Positions 44,364 to 51,687 of a stretch of DNA of 53,880 nt are shown here, piece after piece. The DNA comes from a virus. Lineage: Duplodnaviria; Heunggongvirae; Uroviricota; Caudoviricetes. The stretch covers positions 1-53,880 of IMG/VR virus record IMGVR_UViG_2617270943_000003; one strand, given 5' to 3'. The notes under the pieces were generated by a model. The model worked only from the letters and a program-made list of their open reading frames with translations, ran no database searches and was not told the origin of the DNA. Each line of letters opens with the position of its first letter. Position 1 is the stretch's first letter. The translations under genes were made by a program, and so were the position numbers.

Positions 44364-45068
44364 ATGCGCAATATTCCGAGAGAGATGATTATTGATTCCG
44401 TCGATGCCGGAGTCGGCGCGGTCATTGACTTATTTGAACTGGACCTGACTCCACTTGGTGGCGATGTTGTCCGCTTCCATTCCGGCGCTAATGGCTATTA
44501 CGGGAATGTTATCTGGAAGGGTATCGCTTACAACAGCTACCCGATCGAAGTTAGCGGCTTCGAAATGAAAAACGAGGGGGTATACGCGCGGCCTCAAATG
44601 GCAGTAGCCAATATTGGCGGGCTTATTACCGGAATGAACAACGACTTTAACGACCTGCGCGGCATGAAAGTAACCCGCCACCAGGTGGAGGTGAAATACC
44701 TGGACGCTGTTAACTTCCCTAACGGCAATCCAGATGCAGATCCTTCTATTGAGGCGGTATCTGTTTACGTTGTCGAGGCAATGAGTGAAGAAACGGCGGA
44801 GCAAGTACAGTACGAACTATCTACGCCAGTAGACGCAGACAAGGCTGTTATACCTGGGCGCACCATCCTTGCTGACGTTTGCCAGTGGCAATATCGCGGA
44901 GACGGTTGCGGATATAGCGGCGGCCCGGTAGCGACTGATAAAGATGCGCCGACCAGTGATCCAACATTGGATAAATGCAGCCACCGCCTCAGCGGTTGTC
45001 GCTTGCGCTTCCCGCGCCCGAATCCGTTACCAATTTCATGTTTCCCCGGATCAAGCAAGGTGGGCTAA
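44364..45068 (+). CDS. L: Minor tail protein L
   Basis: Collinear with lambda gpL (LDAVNFPNGNP...RGDGCGYSGGPVATD...DKCSHRLSGC). Confidence 0.8.
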   Translation: MRNIPREMIIDSVDAGVGAVIDLFELDLTPLGGDVVRFHSGANGYYGNVIWKGIAYNSYPIEVSGFEMKNEGVYARPQMAVANIGGLITGMNNDFNDLRGMKVTRHQVEVKYLDAVNFPNGNPDADPSIEAVSVYVVEAMSEETAEQVQYELSTPVDADKAVIPGRTILADVCQWQYRGDGCGYSGGPVATDKDAPTSDPTLDKCSHRLSGCRLRFPRPNPLPISCFPGSSKVG

Positions 45069-45070
45069 TT

Positions 45071-45802
45071 ATGGCACTTGAAGACAAAATGGTTCGTTAT
45101 GCCGCCGCTCACCCTCGCGAGGAAGTTTGCGGACTGGTGATAGATAACGATTATTTTTACCCGTGCTTAAACGTGTCTGAAACGCCCTACAACAGCTTTA
45201 AAATTTCGCCGGACGATTACATCAAGGCTGACGAATTGGGCGTCATAACCGCCGTTTTCCACTCTCACGTTGAAGATATTCCGGTATTGTCGGCACTAGA
45301 TCGACAACAACAGGTTATTTCCGGCCTTCCGTGGTTTTTATGTTCCGGTGGCAGGGTTAGAAAATTCCGCCCGGTAGCGCACCTGTTAGGCCGAAAATTT
45401 GAGCACGGGAAAACAGACTGCTACGCGCTTTTCCGGGACGCCTATCACCTTTGCGGCGTGGGTCTGCCGGACTTCGAGCGCCTTGATGGGTGGTGGTTGC
45501 GTGGTGAAAACCTGTATTTAAAAAACTTGCCGCTAAACGGGTTTTATCAGGTTGACGCGCAAAGCATCCAGCCGGGTGACGTGATTATTCGCCAGCCGTT
45601 CAAGGGTGCTGATCCATGTCACGCGATGATTTACCTGGGTGATAACACTGTTTTGCATCATGACAATGCCGGACTGTTAAGTCGCCGCGAGCAGATGCGG
45701 CCCGCTTATGTTCGACAAACGCATTCAATATGGAGATCTGACAAATGCTCAAATTTAGATTTACGGGCAATCTTCGAAGATATTACGGCAAAGTGTGTTT
45801 AA
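45071..45802 (+). CDS. K: Tail assembly protein K (MPN/JAMM + NlpC/P60-like)
   Basis: VITAVFHSHVED (JAMM-like HxH) and a C-terminal Cys/His region; position after L. Confidence 0.75.
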   Translation: MALEDKMVRYAAAHPREEVCGLVIDNDYFYPCLNVSETPYNSFKISPDDYIKADELGVITAVFHSHVEDIPVLSALDRQQQVISGLPWFLCSGGRVRKFRPVAHLLGRKFEHGKTDCYALFRDAYHLCGVGLPDFERLDGWWLRGENLYLKNLPLNGFYQVDAQSIQPGDVIIRQPFKGADPCHAMIYLGDNTVLHHDNAGLLSRREQMRPAYVRQTHSIWRSDKCSNLDLRAIFEDITAKCV

Positions 45803-46275
45803 ACGTTGATACGCCAGCGCAAGGACTTCGCTTATTGACTGCGCAGAATCAGGAATTCAAAAAAGCGTTTTTAAACACACCATCACGATTACGGATTGCG
45901 GGAAAGGATTATAACGAAAAAACAGCGCCAGCTGCGGTGAACAGCAAATACCCGGACGGGACCACTGTAATTATTGCGCCAGTAGTGGAAGGTGGGATCG
46001 CTGGTATCGGTGTAATTGGCTGGATCATGATTGGTATTTCAGTAGTTAGCGTTGCGTTTTCCCTCTTTATGTCTCGCAACATGAAGGTAAAAACATCAGC
46101 AGAAAGCGCACAGGATAACACCATAACGAATAACACCTACACCAGCGTTGAAAACAAGGTAGGTCAGGGTAGACCAGTGCCAATCCTATTGGGCGAAATG
46201 AAAATAGGTTCAAACGTCGGATCGTTAGGCATAGACACAAGTAATAACAAAGACGCCTTAGACGTTGTAAGTTGA
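45745..46275 (+). CDS. I: Tail assembly protein I
   Basis: Gly-rich hydrophobic segment and C-terminus LLGEMKIGSNV similar to lambda gpI; overlaps the K 3' end. Confidence 0.7.
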   Translation: MLKFRFTGNLRRYYGKVCLNVDTPAQGLRLLTAQNQEFKKAFLNTPSRLRIAGKDYNEKTAPAAVNSKYPDGTTVIIAPVVEGGIAGIGVIGWIMIGISVVSVAFSLFMSRNMKVKTSAESAQDNTITNNTYTSVENKVGQGRPVPILLGEMKIGSNVGSLGIDTSNNKDALDVVS

Positions 46276-46289
46276 CAGGAGAAAAAGCC

Positions 46290-49200
46290 ATGAGTAGCGG
46301 CGGCGGCAAAGCCAAAACACCAACATTGCTAAACGATAACCTGTATCATAAACAGTTTTACCGTGTTTTAGATATCCTTAGTGAAGGGCCGATATACGGT
46401 CCAGTAAACCAGACCGCGCCATTAAACAGCGTAATGCTTAATGACACCCCTGTTACTGACACCAACGGGAATACATCCATTCCTGGTATTAGTATAGCGT
46501 GGCGCAACGGTACGGTTGACCAATCGCCAATCAATGGTTTTAACGCTATCGAATCAACCGTTATTGTCAACGCTCAGGTAACTCGCGACACACCAATAAT
46601 CAGGACCGTTTCAGATCCAAACGTAACCCGCGTCAGATTAAATGTTGGCGTTGATGCTCTCGTTCAGTCAGATGATCAGGGCAATCAATACAACACATCC
46701 GTTATGTTAATGGTTGATGTTAAGCCATCATCATCATCAACTTGGACACTGGTTAAGGATATTACCATTGGCCCTGGTAAACAGAGCGGTGAATACTTAG
46801 AAGCTCACATTATCAACGCGCCGGATGAAAAACCGTTTGATATTCGCGTTCGCCGCATAACGGCAGACAGCAACAGCGATCTACTTCGCAATGATACGCG
46901 GTGGAGCAGTTACAGCGAAATCATCGACGATAATTTGTCTTATCCTCACACCGCTGTAGCTGGAGCGGTGATTGATCATGATCAGTACACTGACACGCCT
47001 ACCCGCGCTTATCATCTGCGCGGCCTGATTGTTGACGTGCCGGACAACTACAACCCTGAAGCGCGCACGTATTCCGGTTTATGGCTTGGTGGATTTAAAA
47101 AGGCGTACACCAATAACCCTGCCTGGCTTTTCCGGTATTTGATTAAAAATGAACGCTTTGGCCTTGCACGACAGGCTGGTTATATTGACGTTGATGACGG
47201 CGCTTTATACGTGCTTTCTCAATACTGCGACCAGTTGGTTGATGATGGCTACGGTGGCCTTGAGCCTCGCATGACGCTTAACGCTTACATCACAGAGCAA
47301 ATGAGCGCCCGCGACTTACTGGACAATATCGCCGGGATGTTCAGGGGTATCGCGTTATGGGACGGGCAACGCCTTACCGTGATGATTGATGCACCACAAG
47401 ACCCGATCGCCACCATTACAAATGCAAACGTCGTTGATGGTGCATTCACCCGTTCGAGCCTTGCCCGCGCGGAGTGCTACAACGCCGTGATTGTATCCTG
47501 GACCGATCCGGGTAACGGTTGGGAACAGTCAAAAGAATACGTTTCTGACGATGAACTAATCGCCCGCGACGGCTACAACGAAACCACGCTAGAGGCGTTC
47601 GGGTGCACGTCTCGCGGACAGGCTTATCGCGCTGGTAAATGGCTGATCGAAACAGCAAAACGCGAGCCGTCAAAATTCACGTTTAAAATGGCCCGTGACG
47701 CCATTCACTTTACACCAGGGGATATCATCGAGATCCTCGACAATAACCGCGCTGGCGCTCGCTTAGGCGGTCGTATCGTGGCGAACAATGGCAAAGTGAT
47801 AACGGTCGATAAGGTTGATTCTGAATATATCGCGGCTGGTGACACCATCAGCTTACTTGATAGCGATGGTAAATTTAAAAAACACCAGATCACCGGAGTT
47901 AACGGAAACAATATTACCCTTGCTGCGGCCCCTGCATGGATTCGCAATGGCACTGTTTTTGCTGTATCGACTGAAGCAGCAAAACCCGTTTTATGTAGGA
48001 TCACCAGCGTAGCAGAAACAGAAAATAACAGCGTATACACTATCGAAGCCGCACAGCACGACCCTAACAAACAGGCCGTAGTTGATGAAGGCGCAGTCTT
48101 CGAAATCAACAACGACACGCTTAATCACTTCCGCGTACCTAACATTGAAAATCTGAAGGTGTTAAACGTTGGTTCTGAAACGGTTCAATGCCGCGCAACA
48201 TGGGAAACGCAGACAACAACGCATCGTCTTACCTTTGAAATCCGCGTATATAATGCAGACGGTCGCGTGGTGGCAAGTTATGAAACCACGAATTACCGCT
48301 ATGAATTTTATGGCCTCGACGCAGGCAGCTACACGCTTGGTATTCGCGGTCGTAATGACACTGGCATGAAGGGCGCAGAAAGTATTGTGGATCTGGTTAT
48401 TGGTGCGCCAGCGGCCCCCATCGGCGTTAATTGGGTGCCTGGTGTTTTTCAGGCAACGGTGTACCCGATCAGCAAAACAACCCTAACCACTGATACAGCA
48501 TACGAGTTCTACTACTCCGGGGAAAATCAGATCACAGATCCATCAAAAGTAACCACATCAGCGCAGTTTACCGGGCGCGGGTATCAGTGGACTTTTGGCG
48601 GAATGAACACGGGCCATACCTATTACGTTTATGTCCGTACACGTAACGCTTTTGGTGTGTCAGATTTCGTTGAGGCATCAGGCAAACCAACTGAAAACTT
48701 CGATGAAATTAGCGACTACGTCACCAAAGACGTGATTAATTCAGAACAGTTTAAGGGGATGATTGGCGACATTAAAGATCTTGGCGACCGCGCTGATCTT
48801 ATAGAGAGCGCTACGGATGACCTAAAAACTGCAACTGACGACCTTAAGACCGCAACTGATAATCTTACCAATATCACAAACGGCCTAAGAACTGATACTG
48901 ACGACCTTATTGCAGAAACAGGGTCAATAAAAGTTGACACAGATACGCTTAAAAAAGACACGGAAGATCTTTATAAAAAAGTTCAGGAAAGCGCCGATGA
49001 AATAGGTAAACATGAGGTAAGAATAGACTCGTTAGAGGTATCAAGCGAAAACGTCGGTAATGAACTGGCACAGACAAAAGCAAGCCTACAAAACGCATCG
49101 CTTGCTCTTATTAATAATTCGCTTGCTCAAACTAACACCAGAAGAACGCTTACAGCTCAGATCAAAAATGTAGATTCAGAAACTAAGGCGCAAATAGATC

Positions 49201-51230
49201 GCATTGATAACGTGATTGTCAGTGAAAAAGAAGCAAGAGCGGAGGCAATGGAGACAATTACCGCCGAAATCGACACGATGGATAAAAACATCAAAGGTGA
49301 GATTGCGCGCGTAGATACTGCCATTGCCAATGAGAGCCAGGCAAGGGCTGATGCCATCAGTGAAGTTAGCGCAAACATTGACGCACTTGATAGTAAAACA
49401 GATGCCAGTGTTAATCGTCTTGATCAAGCTATCGCAGATGAGGCCAGCGCACGCGCACAGGCTATCAGCAATGTCAATGCGAGCATGACAAATCTTGATA
49501 ACAAGGTTACAAGCAACGTTTCTAGACTTGATCAGGCAATAGCTGACGAATCAAGCGCAAGAGCAGAAGCCGATGATCAGTTAATAGCAAAAAGCGAAAA
49601 ACTTGATGGTGATCTCGCTATGGCAAGGGCAAGCCTACAAAACGCTTCGCTTGCTCTCATCAATAATACATTGTCTCAGACAAAGACAAGGCGCACTCTC
49701 ACAGCGGAGTTCAAACGCGGACAAAGTGAAACTAAAGCACAAATTGACCGTATTGATAATGTCATTACTGACGAAAAACAGGCAACAGCGGAAGCGTTTG
49801 AAACTATCACAGCAGAAATGAACACGATGGACTCAAACATTAAAGGAGAAATATCACGATTAGATAAAGTGATCGCGACTGAAACGCAAGCAAGATCTGA
49901 AGCTATAAGTAGTGTTAATGCAAGCATAAAGACGCTAGAAAGCGACACTGAAGCCAGCGTTAACCGTCTTGATCAGGCAGTTGCTGACGAGGCCAGCGCC
50001 CGCGCACAAGCTATCAGCGGAGTAAATGCAAGCATCAGCACGCTTGATAGCAAGGTTACAAGCAATGTGACCCGTATCGACAAAGCTATTGCAGATGAGA
50101 CGCAGGCCCGCACAGACGCAATAAGCAACCTTAACTCATCGCTTACCAGTACGATTAATTCGAAAGTATCTGAAGTATCAACAGCACTTTCTACGCATGA
50201 AGCATCAAGCGCGGAAAAATTCAGCCAGATCTCAGCGTCTTTCGAAGCTGTAAACTCAAGCATCACGGAATGGTCGCAGACCATGACAACTGCGGACGAG
50301 GCATTATCAACCAAAATTGATCAGCTTACAGTAACAGTTAACGGGAACACCACGGCGATCGAGACAACATCTAAAGCGTTAACCGACTTCAAAGGTAATG
50401 TTGATGCGTCATGGTCAATCAAGATTGCCACCGACAACAACGGCAGAAAATACGCAACAGGTATGTCGCTTGGCCTGACTGGTAGCGGGACTAACGTTCA
50501 ATCGCAGTGTATTTTCCTCGTTGACCGCTTCGTGTTAATGACTGCGGCAAACGGAACATATCAGACGCCTTTCTATGTTACTAATGGTGCAATGTATGTG
50601 CGCGAAGCGTTTATTAAAGACGCATCAATAGGAACGGCTAAAATTGCAGATGCAGCCATTACTATGGCTAAAATTGTTAATGAAATAAAATCATCAAACT
50701 ATGTTGCTGGTTCTAAAGGTTGGAGGATAACACAAAGCGGATCATCAGAATTTAACGATGTTGTGGTAAGGGGCGAAATCCATGCTAATAGCGGTAAATT
50801 CAAAGGAACTGTAGAAGCTACATCCTTTGTTGGTGATGTCGCATCTACTAACGTTATACCGCAATCATCATTCCCTGGGACAAGTACAAGCGGATCTCGA
50901 TCTGTTACGAAGACGTATAAAGATTCATCATCAAGCTCGCTTTCGAAAACAGTTTTCGTAATGATTCCTTACCATCTTACTTATTATACTTATTCAGGAT
51001 CATCAACAATAAAAGTAACAATTAATATTAATGGCAATAGCAAAACATATAACGTAGTAAGGGCGGCATCATCGCCTCAATTCGGATTTACGGTATCACA
51101 TTGCGTAACTGGGATTACTGCTCAAACAGTTACGATAAAAATAACAGAGGAATACACCAACACCGGAACATCAGCAGAAAGAAGGCCAGGTCTTGCACTT
51201 GTTACAAGAAGCTCAGGATCATGGTCATAA
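46290..51230 (+). CDS. J: Host specificity / central tail fibre protein J
   Basis: N-terminal ~1000 aa collinear with lambda J (FYRVLDILSEGPIYGPVN...YHLRGLIVDVPDNYNP...AFGCTSRGQAYRAGKWLIET); the C-terminal part contains extended coiled-coil repeats. ATG at 46290 with AGGAGAAAAAG upstream. Confidence 0.9.
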   Translation: MSSGGGKAKTPTLLNDNLYHKQFYRVLDILSEGPIYGPVNQTAPLNSVMLNDTPVTDTNGNTSIPGISIAWRNGTVDQSPINGFNAIESTVIVNAQVTRDTPIIRTVSDPNVTRVRLNVGVDALVQSDDQGNQYNTSVMLMVDVKPSSSSTWTLVKDITIGPGKQSGEYLEAHIINAPDEKPFDIRVRRITADSNSDLLRNDTRWSSYSEIIDDNLSYPHTAVAGAVIDHDQYTDTPTRAYHLRGLIVDVPDNYNPEARTYSGLWLGGFKKAYTNNPAWLFRYLIKNERFGLARQAGYIDVDDGALYVLSQYCDQLVDDGYGGLEPRMTLNAYITEQMSARDLLDNIAGMFRGIALWDGQRLTVMIDAPQDPIATITNANVVDGAFTRSSLARAECYNAVIVSWTDPGNGWEQSKEYVSDDELIARDGYNETTLEAFGCTSRGQAYRAGKWLIETAKREPSKFTFKMARDAIHFTPGDIIEILDNNRAGARLGGRIVANNGKVITVDKVDSEYIAAGDTISLLDSDGKFKKHQITGVNGNNITLAAAPAWIRNGTVFAVSTEAAKPVLCRITSVAETENNSVYTIEAAQHDPNKQAVVDEGAVFEINNDTLNHFRVPNIENLKVLNVGSETVQCRATWETQTTTHRLTFEIRVYNADGRVVASYETTNYRYEFYGLDAGSYTLGIRGRNDTGMKGAESIVDLVIGAPAAPIGVNWVPGVFQATVYPISKTTLTTDTAYEFYYSGENQITDPSKVTTSAQFTGRGYQWTFGGMNTGHTYYVYVRTRNAFGVSDFVEASGKPTENFDEISDYVTKDVINSEQFKGMIGDIKDLGDRADLIESATDDLKTATDDLKTATDNLTNITNGLRTDTDDLIAETGSIKVDTDTLKKDTEDLYKKVQESADEIGKHEVRIDSLEVSSENVGNELAQTKASLQNASLALINNSLAQTNTRRTLTAQIKNVDSETKAQIDRIDNVIVSEKEARAEAMETITAEIDTMDKNIKGEIARVDTAIANESQARADAISEVSANIDALDSKTDASVNRLDQAIADEASARAQAISNVNASMTNLDNKVTSNVSRLDQAIADESSARAEADDQLIAKSEKLDGDLAMARASLQNASLALINNTLSQTKTRRTLTAEFKRGQSETKAQIDRIDNVITDEKQATAEAFETITAEMNTMDSNIKGEISRLDKVIATETQARSEAISSVNASIKTLESDTEASVNRLDQAVADEASARAQAISGVNASISTLDSKVTSNVTRIDKAIADETQARTDAISNLNSSLTSTINSKVSEVSTALSTHEASSAEKFSQISASFEAVNSSITEWSQTMTTADEALSTKIDQLTVTVNGNTTAIETTSKALTDFKGNVDASWSIKIATDNNGRKYATGMSLGLTGSGTNVQSQCIFLVDRFVLMTAANGTYQTPFYVTNGAMYVREAFIKDASIGTAKIADAAITMAKIVNEIKSSNYVAGSKGWRITQSGSSEFNDVVVRGEIHANSGKFKGTVEATSFVGDVASTNVIPQSSFPGTSTSGSRSVTKTYKDSSSSSLSKTVFVMIPYHLTYYTYSGSSTIKVTININGNSKTYNVVRAASSPQFGFTVSHCVTGITAQTVTIKITEEYTNTGTSAERRPGLALVTRSSGSWS
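49082..50110 (+). repeat. Intragenic tandem duplication (~549-bp period) within J
   Basis: Two diverged copies starting AAGCCTACAAAACGC at 49082 and 49631, encoding repeated NASLQNASLALINN...AQIDRIDNVI...ARA.AIS.VNAS blocks. Confidence 0.7.
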
Positions 51231-51237
51231 AAAATAA

Positions 51238-51262
51238 CCCCGCTTCGCGCGGGGTTTTCTTT
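51238..51262. terminator. Bidirectional rho-independent terminator between J and the convergent lipoprotein gene
   Basis: CCCCGC-TTCGC-GCGGGG hairpin with A-run upstream and T-run downstream. Confidence 0.65.
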
Positions 51263-51510
51263 TAGTAGTTAGCTACACAATTCGACGGGCTACCTATGCG
51301 GCGCATGTTGTGATCGAGTTCATGACACCATTGACCAGTATACGGAAGTTTTTCAGTGTCATAGACGAGATGACCGTCAGCATCATAGACAATTTCTTGT
51401 GGGATTACTCCGCTATTTGGCAGGTTATGCAATGCAGCTTCTTTATCAACAGCGCAACCAGTAAGAGCAACAGCCGCAGCGAATAAGACCACTTTGAACA
51501 TGTTTTTCAT
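51262..51510 (-). CDS. Small lipoprotein, Cor-like candidate
   Basis: Signal peptide with lipobox AVALTGC; 82 aa; opposite-strand gene between J and the tail fibre gene, the usual place for cor. Confidence 0.4.
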   Translation of the reverse strand: MKNMFKVVLFAAAVALTGCAVDKEAALHNLPNSGVIPQEIVYDADGHLVYDTEKLPYTGQWCHELDHNMRRIGSPSNCVANY

Positions 51511-51687
51511 TTTTTAATCCTCATTCTTGTTAGCTCGTCCGGTTCATCCGGTGGTTTAAATATCCGACAAAACCACATTTCGTATATTGACATAAATCAA
51601 TAAATACATTTTGTATGCGTCAAAAATGTAACACAGATCACAAAATGGTAGAATTATTCCGTTAATTAACATAATGGAGTCATTGCG

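Noticed and set aside
48700-50320. Possible CRISPR array or mobile-element repeats suggested by repeated sequence blocks
   Set aside because: The repeats are in-frame protein-coding repeats within J (period about 549 bp, diverged copies), with no short identical repeats separated by unique spacers.
27618-51230. Numerous antisense ORFs of 60-150 aa inside long structural genes (e.g. 28879-29141, 29825-30250, 31400-31849, 39669-40049, 40119-40520, 47705-48118, 49973-50314)
   Set aside because: They lie entirely within strongly supported + strand genes (terminase, portal, tape measure, J) and show biased, low-complexity composition typical of antisense shadows.
5161-51649. Reading the ATG inside TACAAAATGG as start codons of conserved mini-ORFs
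   Set aside because: Downstream frames terminate after 1-6 codons with unrelated sequences (M*, MD*, MEF*, MTR*, MYSLK*, MEYSG*, MVELFR*), consistent with chance stops in AT-rich DNA; the element is more likely a DNA-level regulatory site.
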